A stretch of 45,950 nt of DNA from Chthoniobacteraceae bacterium (GCA_031409335.1 JANNWY010000144.1:1-45950), one strand, 5' to 3'. Positions 9,456 to 18,970 are shown, numbered from the stretch's first letter. The notes: generated by a model from the letters alone, not told the origin. Made by a program: numbers and translations.

Positions 9456-9551
9456 TTAAACACAGAGATACAGAGAACACAGAGGCTCACAGAGACGGAA
9501 ATCCTGAGTCTTCTCTGTGAATCTCTGTGCCCTCTGTATCTCTGTGTTTAA
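9456..9551. repeat. Long palindromic intergenic repeat built of 9-bp (CACAGAG-containing) units
   Basis: ttaaacacagagatacagagaacacagaggctcacagaga ... tctctgtgaatctctgtgccctctgtatctctgtgtttaa; the arms are near-perfect reverse complements. Confidence 0.9.
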
Positions 9552-9599
9552 GAAATGCTGGCGCGCGAGAAACCACGCGCCGTAGATTCGCGCCCCGCC

Positions 9600-11366
9600 A
9601 TGCCGCAGATTTCCAAAGATCAAATCGCCGACCTGTTCGAATCGATCGCGCAGATGCTGGAGTTGAAGGGCGAGGGCGTTTTCAAAGTGCGCGCATATTT
9701 GAATGCGGCGCGCGCGCTGGAGACGTGGCCGGGCGATTTGGCGAAGGCTGTCGCGGAGGAGAAGCTCGATGACATTCCCGGCGTCGGCGATGCCATCGCG
9801 AAGAAAATCACGGAACTCGTAGCGACCGGACGATTGGAGTATTTCGAGCATTTGAAGGCGGAGTTTCCGCCGGGGATTTTCGAGATGTTCGAGATTCAGG
9901 GGATGGGGCCGAAGAAGATCAAGGCGGTGTGGGAAAAACTCGGGGTGACGACGGTGGATGAGTTGGAGAAGGCCTGCACGGATGGGCGCGTGGCGGAACT
10001 GCCGGGTTTTGGCGACAAGACCGCGAAAAAGATCATCGAGGCCATTGATGCGCGGAAGAAATTCGCGGGGCGTTTCAAGCTCGGTGACATCGCGCAGGAT
10101 GCGGAATCGCTGCTCGATGATCTGCGCAGCCATCCCGACGTGAGTCGCGTGAACGTGTGCGGAAGCTATCGCAGGCGAAAGGAAATCGTGGGCGATCTCG
10201 ACTTCCTCGTTTCGACAAAGGAACCGGCGGCGGTGTCTGAGTTTTTTGTGAAACACGAGATGGTCGAAAGTGTGATCGCGCACGGCCCGACGAAATCCAG
10301 CGTGCGGCTGAAATCAGGCATCCAGGCCGATCTGCGGGTGGTGAAGGATGGAGAATTTCCTTTTGCGCTGAACTACTTCACCGGCTCGAAAGAGCACAAC
10401 ATCATCATGCGCCAGCGTGCCCTCGCCCGCGGCTGGACGCTGAACGAGTATCGGCTCGGAGCGCTGGACGATACGAAACCGAAACCGCCCGCGATCCGCG
10501 AGGAGGCCGACCTGTATCGCGCGCTCGATCTCGATTACGTGGAGCCGGAGTTGCGCGAGGATCGCGGGGAATTCGCCGCGGCGGAAAATCACACGCTGCC
10601 GCGTTTGATCGAAAAGGAAAACCTGCGCGGAACTTTTCACAATCACACCACCGCGAGCGACGGACGCGCCTCGCTCGCCGAAATGGCCGCCGCCGCGGAG
10701 GCACTCGGCCTGCAATACCTCGGCATCGCGGATCACTCGAAATCCTCCTTTCAAGCGCACGGCCTCGACACGGATCGCCTGCTCGCACAGATCGCGGAGA
10801 TTCACGCGATGAACGAGGCGCGCGGCCCCGGCTTCAAAATTTTCACCGGCAGCGAAGTCGATGTTTTGAAGGACGGCACGCTCGATTTCCCCGACGAAAT
10901 CCTCGCCCAACTCGACTACTGCGTGGCAAGCGTCCACAATGTCTTCAACCTCCCCGAAGCCGAGATGACCGCGCGCATCATCCGCGCGATTTCCAATCCG
11001 CACGTGACGATGCTCGGCCACCTCACCGGACGCCTGCTGCTCTCGCGCGAACCTTACGCCGTCGATATTCCCGCGATCATCGAAGCCGCCGCCGCGACCG
11101 GCACGATCATCGAGCTGAATTGCAGCCCGTGGCGGCTCGACATGGACTGGCGCTGGTGGCCGCTCGCCAAGGAAAAAGGCGTGAAGTGTTCCATCAATCC
11201 TGACGCGCATCACCCCGCGCAATTGAACCATCTCTGGTTCGGAATCGGCGCCGCGCGCAAAGGCTGGCTCACGCGCGAGGACGTGGTGAATACGCTGCCG
11301 CTCGGCGAAATCGAAGCGGTGCTCGCGGCGAAACGGCGTCTTGTTTCAAGCAAGGCGAAACACTAA
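9600..11366 (+). CDS. polX: DNA polymerase X family / PHP 3'-5' exonuclease
   Basis: FKVRAY, IPGVG HhH, GSYRRRKEIVGDLDFL (DxD intact), YFTGSKEHN. PHP motifs HNHTTASDG, ADHS, GSEVD and NPDAH. Confidence 0.95.
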   Translation: MPQISKDQIADLFESIAQMLELKGEGVFKVRAYLNAARALETWPGDLAKAVAEEKLDDIPGVGDAIAKKITELVATGRLEYFEHLKAEFPPGIFEMFEIQGMGPKKIKAVWEKLGVTTVDELEKACTDGRVAELPGFGDKTAKKIIEAIDARKKFAGRFKLGDIAQDAESLLDDLRSHPDVSRVNVCGSYRRRKEIVGDLDFLVSTKEPAAVSEFFVKHEMVESVIAHGPTKSSVRLKSGIQADLRVVKDGEFPFALNYFTGSKEHNIIMRQRALARGWTLNEYRLGALDDTKPKPPAIREEADLYRALDLDYVEPELREDRGEFAAAENHTLPRLIEKENLRGTFHNHTTASDGRASLAEMAAAAEALGLQYLGIADHSKSSFQAHGLDTDRLLAQIAEIHAMNEARGPGFKIFTGSEVDVLKDGTLDFPDEILAQLDYCVASVHNVFNLPEAEMTARIIRAISNPHVTMLGHLTGRLLLSREPYAVDIPAIIEAAAATGTIIELNCSPWRLDMDWRWWPLAKEKGVKCSINPDAHHPAQLNHLWFGIGAARKGWLTREDVVNTLPLGEIEAVLAAKRRLVSSKAKH

Positions 11367-11377
11367 CCTGCACCGTC

Positions 11378-11737
11378 GTGAAACTGCTTTTGGAAAACCT
11401 CCCGCCCTCGCTGCAAGGCCAGCGCGAAACCCTCGCCCGCTGTCTGGAAGCGATGAACCGCGTGATGCCGCTGCGGGCCGTCTATCTCTTCGGCTCGCAC
11501 GCCCGCGGCGAAGCGCGCCCGGACAGCGATGTGGATTTGTGCATCGTGGCGGATGGCGCGGAGCGGCAGTTGCAGACGGTTCAAAAATTCAATGCGGCGA
11601 TTTGGGAGCAGCGACCGTTTCCCGCATTTACGCTGATCCCCATCACGCCGCAGCGTCTCGCGGAAAAGAAAATGGTCGGCGATCATTTTTACCAAACCGT
11701 GCTGAACGAAGGAGTGCCCATTGCCTCGGAAAACTGA
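11378..11737 (+). CDS. Minimal nucleotidyltransferase (MNT) antitoxin
   Basis: VYLFGSHARGEARPDSDVDLCIV (GS-x10-DxD). Overlaps the downstream HEPN gene. Confidence 0.88.
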   Translation: MKLLLENLPPSLQGQRETLARCLEAMNRVMPLRAVYLFGSHARGEARPDSDVDLCIVADGAERQLQTVQKFNAAIWEQRPFPAFTLIPITPQRLAEKKMVGDHFYQTVLNEGVPIASEN

Positions 11738-12119
11738 CTCCAGCAATCCTGCCGATTGGATTTGGATTTCTGAATCCGACCTCTTCGTGCTGGCGGACCT
11801 CGCGAACCGGCAAATGGGTTACGAAATCTGCCAGAGCAAGCTGGCGGAAGTGATCGAAAAAGTCCTCAAAGCGGAATTGATCCGGCAAGGCTGGTTTCTG
11901 GTGAAGACGCATGACCTTCTTGTGTTGTTGCAGGAGCTTGAACCGCGCGATGCTGCGTTGGCGGCTGAGTTCAGATCGCTCGTTGACGGGTATGCCACGG
12001 CATATTTCACGGGCCGGTATCCCGGTTTCGATTTGGAAGATCCCGATTGGCCTCCGTTGCGCGAACACATTGCGCAGGTGCAAGCGCTGCTTGCAAAAGT
12101 GAAAGCGCGGATCGTTTAG
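11721..12119 (+). CDS. HEPN domain protein
   Basis: W...SESDL, EKVLKAEL, KTHDL and RYPG motifs. Paired with MNT. Confidence 0.85.
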   Translation: MPRKTDSSNPADWIWISESDLFVLADLANRQMGYEICQSKLAEVIEKVLKAELIRQGWFLVKTHDLLVLLQELEPRDAALAAEFRSLVDGYATAYFTGRYPGFDLEDPDWPPLREHIAQVQALLAKVKARIV

Positions 12120-12126
12120 CGCGCGA

Positions 12127-12801
12127 ATGACCCTCGTCATCGCTTCCATCGCGCTGCTCGCGTATCTGCTCGGCTCGATTCCGTTCGGGCTTTTGGTGGG
12201 AAAGTCACAGGGCATCGACGTGCGCGAGCATGGCAGCAAGAACATCGGCGCGACGAATGTGTGGCGGGTGATGGGGAAAAAATTCGGGCTGATTACTTTC
12301 GCGTGCGATTTGGGAAAAGGCTGGCTCGCGGTCGCGCTCGGGCAGTGGATCGCGGCGCATTGGGCGGTCCGCGTTGAGTTGCCGCACATGCACGAGCGGA
12401 TCGATTTTTTCGATCCCGGTTATGCCGGAATCACCGCGGCGATCGGCTGCATTCTCGGGCATAATTTTCCCGTGTGGCTGCGCTTCAAAGGCGGCAAGGG
12501 TGTGGCGACTTCGCTTGGCGTGATCTTCGGCATGATGCCGCTCGCGGCGCTCATCGTATTCGCGATTTGGGGCGTGGTTTTCAGACTCTCGCGCTACGTG
12601 TCGCTCGCATCGCTGGTGGCCGCGGTGGCGCTTCCGGTCACAGTCATCGGGCTCATGTTCGCCGGGCAGATTCGCGGCTGGGCATACTTTTACTTCGCGT
12701 GCGCGGCGGCCATTCTGGTCGTGCGACGGCACCGCGAAAACATCCGCCGGCTCGTCGCGGGCACTGAAAATCGCTTCGGCAAACCCACCACCACAAAATG
12801 A
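12127..12801 (+). CDS. plsY: Glycerol-3-phosphate 1-O-acyltransferase PlsY
   Basis: AYLLGSIPFG, GSKNIGATNVWR, GHNFPVWLRFKGGKGVAT and HRENIRRL. Confidence 0.96.
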   Translation: MTLVIASIALLAYLLGSIPFGLLVGKSQGIDVREHGSKNIGATNVWRVMGKKFGLITFACDLGKGWLAVALGQWIAAHWAVRVELPHMHERIDFFDPGYAGITAAIGCILGHNFPVWLRFKGGKGVATSLGVIFGMMPLAALIVFAIWGVVFRLSRYVSLASLVAAVALPVTVIGLMFAGQIRGWAYFYFACAAAILVVRRHRENIRRLVAGTENRFGKPTTTK

Positions 12802-13793
12802 ATTTCACACACATCGGCATCGTCGGCGCGGGCGGCTGGGGAACGGCGCTGGCGCTCGTGCTCGGTGAAAGCGGCGTGCCGGTGACGCTGTGGGGCCACG
12901 ACGCGCGGGAGATCGCGGCCATCGCGGCGAAGCGTGAAAACGTGATCTATCTTCCCGGCGTCGCGCTGCCGGAATCGTTTCAATACACGGGCGAACTCGC
13001 GGACCTCGCCGCGTGCGATCTGCTCGTCCTCGCCACGCCGTCGAAGGCCACGCGCGAAGTTTCCGCGCGTCTCGCCGCGACCGCATTGCGCGACGACGCG
13101 GTGCTTCTGACCTGCACGAAAGGCGTCGAGCGCGGCACGGGATTGCGCATGAGCCAGCTCGTCGCGGAAGCATTTCCCAAGCACGCGATCGCCGCGCTTT
13201 CCGGTCCGAGCCATGCCGAGGAAGTCGCGCGCCGCGCGCCGACCGCGGTGGTGATTGGCGCCACGGATGCGTCCGTTGCGCAGCGGCTCCAGCGCGTGTT
13301 CACCACGCCCGCATTTCGCACTTACACCAATGAAGACGTGGCCGGCGTCGAACTCGGCGGCGCGCTGAAAAACATCTTCGCCCTCGCCGCGGGCGTGAGC
13401 GACGGCCTCGGCCTCGGCGACAATACGAAGGCCGCGCTCGTCACCCGCGCGCTCGCCGAGATGACGCGCCTCGGCAGCGCGCTCGGTGGCAAGCGCGAAA
13501 CCTTTCAGGGGCTCAGCGGCATTGGCGATCTCATCGTCACGTGCTTTTCAAAACACAGCCGCAATCGCGGCGTCGGCGAACGGCTCGGCCGCGGTGAATC
13601 GCTCGGCGACATCTCAGGGACGATGCGGATGGTGGCCGAAGGCGTGCCGACGACTTACAGCGCACAAGAGTGCGCCCGCGCGCACGGTATCGAAACGCCG
13701 ATCATCGACCAGATGCGTGCGCTGCTCGACGGCGCGACTTCACCGCGCGACGCGCTCACCGCCCTGCTCTCCCGCGATCCGCGGCCCGAATAA
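12798..13793 (+). CDS. gpsA: NAD(P)H-dependent glycerol-3-phosphate dehydrogenase
   Basis: GAGGWGTALA, LSGPSHAEEV, GVELGGALKN and GIGDLIVTCFSKHSRN. Confidence 0.96.
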   Translation: MNFTHIGIVGAGGWGTALALVLGESGVPVTLWGHDAREIAAIAAKRENVIYLPGVALPESFQYTGELADLAACDLLVLATPSKATREVSARLAATALRDDAVLLTCTKGVERGTGLRMSQLVAEAFPKHAIAALSGPSHAEEVARRAPTAVVIGATDASVAQRLQRVFTTPAFRTYTNEDVAGVELGGALKNIFALAAGVSDGLGLGDNTKAALVTRALAEMTRLGSALGGKRETFQGLSGIGDLIVTCFSKHSRNRGVGERLGRGESLGDISGTMRMVAEGVPTTYSAQECARAHGIETPIIDQMRALLDGATSPRDALTALLSRDPRPE

Positions 13794-14747
13794 TTACGGC
13801 GTGACGACGCGGTAGAAAAACTGCCCCGCCGGGCCGGCCACCGTCGTGCTCGTCGTCCCATCGCCCGCGGAGGGCACATTTTTCAAAAACGTGAACGGTC
13901 CACCCGGCGCAGATGCGGTGAAGATGCGATAGTTGAGGCCCACTTTGCTCTGCCACGTCAGCGAGTAGCTCCCGGGCGCGATTGGCTGGAATGCTGTGAC
14001 GCGCAGCACCGATTGCGGCACGCGCGGATCGGTGTGCGCGATGAATTCGTGAAGGTTGTCGAGCCCATCCCCGTCGGTATCGAGGCCGGAGTCGGACACG
14101 TTTTTTTTCAGACCATAGAAAGCTTCCCAGCCATCGGGAATTCCGTCGCCGTCGCCGTCCAGCTTCCCGAGATAATCCGGCGCGCGGACGCCACGATTGG
14201 ACGTGCCGGTGTTGGTGATGACGCTCCAATTTGCGAAGAATTCCGACACCGCGTCGCCGGCGGGATTGAGCTGGATGTAGCTCCACTCGACCGCGCCAGT
14301 GGCAAAAGAAATCCGTTCCGAAACGTCCGCGCCACTCGCCGCGTTGAAGGTCTGTTTGGTGAAGTAACACGTCGTTGCTTTGAGGTCCCAAAGCTCGATC
14401 CGATTCGGACTGCGCAGCGCGACCACCATCTTGATCGTCGCCAGCGGAGCGCCTTGCGCGAGCCTCTGAAAGAACAGCGGCGTCGCGGCATCCACTTTTT
14501 TCACGATCGAAAATTCAGAGAACTTCAATTTCCCGACACCGGCACCGCCAGAGGTGCTCCCGATCGTTACGGGCGTTTCAGCGCCGGCCTCGAATGACGA
14601 TGCCTCGATCCATCCCGAGTAAATCGGATCGACCGATCCGCCAGCGATCACAGGTCCGCTTGACGGTGTCACTTCGAGAAAGACATCGAAAGCCGCATCG
14701 GCCCGCGACGTGAGCAGGACGAGGCAAAGAAGGAAAGCAGCGCGCAT
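13794..14747 (-). CDS. Signal-peptide-bearing Hcp (T6SS tube)-like protein with Ca-binding DxDxDG repeats and C-terminal domain
   Basis: Signal peptide ending ADA. Hcp-like core FDVFL..IAGGS.D..YSGWIE..SF...GGAGVGKLKFSEFSIVKKVDAATPLFF...ERISF..VEWSY...WSVITN. Tail DGDGDGIPDGWE..DTDGDGLDNLHEFIAHTDP...FFYRV. Confidence 0.8.
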   Translation of the reverse strand: MRAAFLLCLVLLTSRADAAFDVFLEVTPSSGPVIAGGSVDPIYSGWIEASSFEAGAETPVTIGSTSGGAGVGKLKFSEFSIVKKVDAATPLFFQRLAQGAPLATIKMVVALRSPNRIELWDLKATTCYFTKQTFNAASGADVSERISFATGAVEWSYIQLNPAGDAVSEFFANWSVITNTGTSNRGVRAPDYLGKLDGDGDGIPDGWEAFYGLKKNVSDSGLDTDGDGLDNLHEFIAHTDPRVPQSVLRVTAFQPIAPGSYSLTWQSKVGLNYRIFTASAPGGPFTFLKNVPSAGDGTTSTTVAGPAGQFFYRVVTP

Positions 14748-14760
14748 GGCGATCTGCGGA

Positions 14761-15375
14761 TTAATTGACTTCGAAAGTGGCGTTGTTGAGCACCTGACTC
14801 CACGACCGAATCACCGGAGTTTGTGGAACTCCACCCACGATCGGGACGGTCGTGATGCGCTGCGCTCCACAGAGCATCTTGATGTTCTCGCGGACCGTGT
14901 CGTCACCAACAGTCGTCGTGCTCGCGGTGCTGACGAAAAATACCAGCCTGAGTTCCACTCGGAAAAACACCGTCGGAGTTCCGCCGACCGGCCTCACGAA
15001 TTCGATCGTCAGATCTCCGTTCGTCTGCCCGCCCAAATTCTGTCCCGATGCCAAAAATGAGAAGATTTGCGGCGTGAGCCGATCCACCACTTTCGAGATG
15101 GCGATGGGATCAAACGCCAACTTTCCCACGCCAGCACCACCGGAGGCGGAGCCGATCGTCACCGGCGTGGACGCGCCCAGCGAAATCGAATCCAACTCCG
15201 CCCATCCGGCACGACCCGCGGCGGTCGATTCTCCGTTCCACGGCGACAAGCCATTCAGGAATTTTGCGTAAATGGTGACCTGCGCCATGGAGCGCGAGGC
15301 ACCGACAGTGAGCGCGACTGCGAGGACGAGCAGCGCGGCGATTCGGCGAAATGCAAAGGTGAATTTTGTATTCAT
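14761..15375 (-). CDS. Signal-peptide-bearing Hcp (T6SS tube)-like protein
   Basis: Signal peptide ending SMA, then GES...RAGWAELDSISLG..GGAGVGKLAFDPIAISKVVDRLTPQIF...RENIKM...WSQVLN. Confidence 0.78.
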   Translation of the reverse strand: MNTKFTFAFRRIAALLVLAVALTVGASRSMAQVTIYAKFLNGLSPWNGESTAAGRAGWAELDSISLGASTPVTIGSASGGAGVGKLAFDPIAISKVVDRLTPQIFSFLASGQNLGGQTNGDLTIEFVRPVGGTPTVFFRVELRLVFFVSTASTTTVGDDTVRENIKMLCGAQRITTVPIVGGVPQTPVIRSWSQVLNNATFEVN

Positions 15376-15474
15376 GGCAATATGAAGAACGCTCCGGCGG
15401 TTTTAGTTTTCTCCACCCGCCGCGTCAATCCCAAGATGCTGCCTCGGTCTCCCGCGATTGCCCGCAGATCTTGG

Positions 15475-16461
15475 CTAAGTCGGCATCGCCGAGCCAATGC
15501 TGACTTCGCCCGCGGACAACGTCGCGAGCGTGCCGTCGCTTTGGCGGAGCAGGAGCTGGCCGCTGGCGTCGAGGTTTTCAGCGACGCCTTCGATGACGGA
15601 GTCCGCCGCGCGCACTTGCACCCAGCGCCCGAGCAGCACACTGCGGCGCGAGGCTTCGGCGACGAGTTGATCGAAGCGGCGCTCGAGATCGGCGTATCGC
15701 GCGTCGAGTTCGCGCAGGATCGCGGCGGCCAGCGCGGCGCGGTCGATCGCACGATTCGTTGCGACCCGGAGCGACGTGGCGATGGCGGCGAGATTTTCGG
15801 GGAAATCTTCGCGCGCGTGATTCGCATTCAGGCCGATGCCGATGACGGCGAAATTTTCCTGCGCCTGATCCTGCGCCGTCTCGATGAGGACTCCCGCGAT
15901 CTTCCTGCCATCGACGAAGATATCGTTTGGCCATTTGATCCCCGCACTGACGCCCGTCGCGCGCTCGATGGCCGACGCGATCGAGACGGCCGCCCAAGTC
16001 GTGAGTCGCGGCCAGTGTTCCTGCGGAAACGTCGGACGCAGCAGCAGCGAAAACCACAGCCCGAGATGCGACGCGGATTCCCAGCGGCGACCAAAGCGCC
16101 CGCGTCCCGCATTTTGTTTCTCCGCGAAAATGGCGAGTCCGCTCGCCGCGCCGCTCCTGCCCAGCTTCGCGGCCCGGTCATTCGTCGAGTCGGTTTCCTC
16201 GAAAACGACAATCTCGCGAACCAGCGCGCAATTTCCCAAACGCGAATCCAGGTCCGCTGCGATCAGCCGATCCGGCGCTCCAGTGAGTCGATAGCCCAGT
16301 CCCGGACGTTCATCGAACTCGAAACCCGCCTCGCGCAATTCATCCACGAGCGCCGCGACTCCCGCGCGCGTTGAGCCGATTTGCGCGGCGAGTTCCGTGG
16401 GCGGCGTGTGAATCGTCGAGCCACGCAGCGCCCGCAGCAGCGCGGCATCCAGCGATTTCAC
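15475..16461 (-). CDS. birA: Bifunctional biotin--[acetyl-CoA-carboxylase] ligase / HTH repressor
   Basis: N-terminal HTH, then TDSTND, AEKQNAGRGRFGRRW, IKWPNDI, RKIAGVLIE and SAGEV. Confidence 0.94.
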   Translation of the reverse strand: MKSLDAALLRALRGSTIHTPPTELAAQIGSTRAGVAALVDELREAGFEFDERPGLGYRLTGAPDRLIAADLDSRLGNCALVREIVVFEETDSTNDRAAKLGRSGAASGLAIFAEKQNAGRGRFGRRWESASHLGLWFSLLLRPTFPQEHWPRLTTWAAVSIASAIERATGVSAGIKWPNDIFVDGRKIAGVLIETAQDQAQENFAVIGIGLNANHAREDFPENLAAIATSLRVATNRAIDRAALAAAILRELDARYADLERRFDQLVAEASRRSVLLGRWVQVRAADSVIEGVAENLDASGQLLLRQSDGTLATLSAGEVSIGSAMPT

Positions 16462-17315
16462 GGGAGCAGCTCCAGCGAAAAATCCATCGACCGCGCCGAG
16501 TGCGTGAGCGCGCCGGATGAAATGAAATCCACGCCCGTCGCCGCGATGCCCGCGACGGATTCCAGCGTCACCCCGCCGCTCGCCTCAAACTGCACGCGCC
16601 CCTTCCCGAGCCGCACCGCGGTCGCCATCTGTTTCAGCGGCATGTTGTCGAGCAGGATGACATCCACGCCGCTCAATTTCAGAAACGCCGCGACCTGCTC
16701 CAGCGTGTCCGCTTCCAGCTCGACGCGGATGCCGGGATGTTTTTTGCGAAAGCGCGAAATCAAGTCCTGGAGCTGATCCGCGCTCCCCGCCGCGAGCAGA
16801 TGATTATCCTTCACCATCACCATGTCATAGAGCCCGAAGCGGTGATTCACCCCGCCGCCCGCCATCACCGCCGCCTTTTCCAGCGCCCGCAGCCCCGGCG
16901 TCGTCTTGCGCGTATCGAGGATGCGCGCCTTGCGTTTGCCCACTGCTTTCACGAACTGCGCCGTGAGCGTCGCGATCCCGGAAAGATGCTGGAGAAAATT
17001 CAGCGCCACGCGTTCCGCCGTGAGGACCGAGCACACCGCGCCCTCGATCTCGATCACCGTGTCGCCCTTCTTCACACGGCTCCCGTTGTTCGCGATCACC
17101 TTCGCGCGCGTCTTCGGATCGACGCGCCCGAACACTTCCGCCGCCGTGTCCACTCCGGCGACGACGGCCTCCTCCTTCGCGAAAATGCGTGCGCGCCGCA
17201 GCTCCGTGCCAGTGAAGTATCGCGACGTGAGATCCCCCGAACCGATGTCCTCCGCGAGTGCGATGGCGATCGGATCGTGCTGCGTCGGGCGCGCCGGATC
17301 GGGCAGGGCTTTCAT
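16458..17315 (-). CDS. nadC: Quinolinate phosphoribosyltransferase
   Basis: ALAEDIGSGDLT, ERVALNFLQHLSGIAT, DTRKTTPG, NHRFGL, KDNH, ILLDNM and EASGG. Confidence 0.96.
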   Translation of the reverse strand: MKALPDPARPTQHDPIAIALAEDIGSGDLTSRYFTGTELRRARIFAKEEAVVAGVDTAAEVFGRVDPKTRAKVIANNGSRVKKGDTVIEIEGAVCSVLTAERVALNFLQHLSGIATLTAQFVKAVGKRKARILDTRKTTPGLRALEKAAVMAGGGVNHRFGLYDMVMVKDNHLLAAGSADQLQDLISRFRKKHPGIRVELEADTLEQVAAFLKLSGVDVILLDNMPLKQMATAVRLGKGRVQFEASGGVTLESVAGIAATGVDFISSGALTHSARSMDFSLELLP

Positions 17316-17741
17316 CCTAAAAACGCGGGAACAGGATGTTGGTTCACGAACGTGTTGTTAGAGGTCCACGCCCGGCAATGTCACGCGCGAACACACGCTG
17401 CGCCCCGGTAAAAGCACCTCGGGACCGATGGAATGCACGCTCCGGCACGCTCGAAAGCCGCACGCGTGTCGAATAGTTGCACATGGAGCCCGAGATCAAT
17501 GTCTCTCGCTCGACCAATTTCGCGACAGGGAAAGCAATAGCCTGCGAAGATACTGTCCTGACACTACTGCCTTGCGTCGATTCCGCCGTGAGCCCGCCTG
17601 GCCACGGCGCGTTCGGTGTAGGATGAGGGACTACAGAAGAAACGTCCTTATGCTGCTATCCAGTCCCCTGGCGAAAATGATATGCCTCACTTATTCGGTC
17701 GGTCTTCACTGCCAGCCACCGCAGATAATCCTCCACGCTTT

Positions 17742-18359
17742 ATGAAATTCCGCTTCCTTCTCACCGCCACTGCCTTTGCACTCGCGATCACCCACTCCCA
17801 AGCCGCCATCATCTCCGCGACCGGCGCGACGACAAACATGGGCTCGGGTTTTGGCACCCTTTTAAGCAACACCATCAATGGCGTGGGCCTGAGTTCGCTG
17901 AACCTTGCGGCGACACACGCCGCCACCCTTCCGGGTAACTCCTGGGTCTCGGCGGGAGGCATCCTGACGGGCAACATTACCTTCGGGCTCGGCGGGCTCC
18001 ATACGCTCGATGGCTTCTCGTTTTGGAACCAGAACAACGGTGGCCCGGGGGCTCTCGGCAGCACCGGCATCCAGAATCTCCTGATCAGCTATTCGCCGGA
18101 CAATGTGACCTTTCTTCCCCTCCCAGGAGCCCCGACGGCCTTTGACCAGGCGACGACATCCATCAGTTCCGCCGAGCAGTACTCATTTGTGCCAGTGCTC
18201 GCCAGATCCGTGCGGTTCACGGTGCAATCGAACTATGGCGACGCCGCCCAGACTGGGTTTGCGGAGGTTAAGTTCAGCGGTGCAGCGGTGCCCGAACCCG
18301 GCACGGCGCTCTTCGGGCTCGCGCTCTGCGGCATGGCCGTCACGCGCTGCCGCCGGTAG
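17742..18359 (+). CDS. PEP-CTERM sorting domain protein (discoidin-like beta-sandwich)
   Basis: Signal peptide MKFRFLLTATAFALAITHSQA and C-terminal VPEPGTALFGLALCGMAVTRCRR. Confidence 0.88.
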   Translation: MKFRFLLTATAFALAITHSQAAIISATGATTNMGSGFGTLLSNTINGVGLSSLNLAATHAATLPGNSWVSAGGILTGNITFGLGGLHTLDGFSFWNQNNGGPGALGSTGIQNLLISYSPDNVTFLPLPGAPTAFDQATTSISSAEQYSFVPVLARSVRFTVQSNYGDAAQTGFAEVKFSGAAVPEPGTALFGLALCGMAVTRCRR

Positions 18360-18520
18360 CCGGTATTGATTTCAAACAAAAAGAAGTCGCGTGGCGAAGA
18401 GGAGAGGGTCAGCTCTATGATTCCGAAATTTTCTTCGCTCTCAAGTTGCACTTTGTGAACGAGGAAATCATACCGTCTTGCAGAATTGAGGTGGCAGTTC
18501 CGGTGCGGGGAGCGCGGTGA

Positions 18521-18619
18521 AAAGTAGGCGAGGTTTTCAACCTCGCGCGGATGCGGGCGACGCCGGGTCCCCGGCGCTTTTTCCGTCTGCGGTGCGAGGT
18601 TGAAAACCTCGCCTACTTT
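18521..18619. repeat. GTAG-type REP doublet (REPIN-like)
   Basis: GTAGGCGAGGTTTTCAACCTCGC (18524-18546) and its exact reverse complement (18594-18616). Each unit is GTAG plus an 8-bp hairpin. Confidence 0.85.
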
Positions 18620-18658
18620 GGCCGCTCGCACGGGTCACTTTATTTCTGAAAGATGGTA

Positions 18659-18970
18659 TCACTCGTCGCCCATGAAATCGCGAGGCACATGCTCGCGGAG
18701 GTCCATCGCGCCATGCAGGATGCGGGTGATTTCCACCCGACCGTCGCGCGTGCGTTAGATGATGAGGTGGCTACCGCAAACACGCGCCCGCGATCTCCGA
18801 TAAATGTCGGGCCGCAACCGCCAGCGATCGGGGTCGGCGGCGATTTCTTCGAGCGCATCCCACAAGGCACCCACCCATTTCACCGCCTGCTCCCCGCCCC
18901 ATTCACCTACCGTGAAATCGTGAATAAGAACGATGTCGTCGAGGGCGAGTTTGGAAAACCTCAGGCGCAT
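18659..18970 (-). pseudogene. parE: ParE/RelE-family toxin with in-frame premature stop
   Basis: MRLRFSKLALDDI...GSHLII*RTRDGRVEITRILHGAMDL...; TAA at 18755-18757 sits where Tyr is expected, and the frame continues to TGA at 18659. Confidence 0.82.

Noticed and set aside
13794..15375. A type VI secretion system locus
   Set aside because: Only Hcp-like genes are present; there are no sheath, baseplate, VgrG or membrane-complex genes in the window.
17428..17745. 105-aa ORF in the lower-GC gap between nadC and the PEP-CTERM gene
   Set aside because: No recognisable motifs, atypical composition, and it runs into the PEP-CTERM start. I could not assign an RNA or protein feature to this gap.
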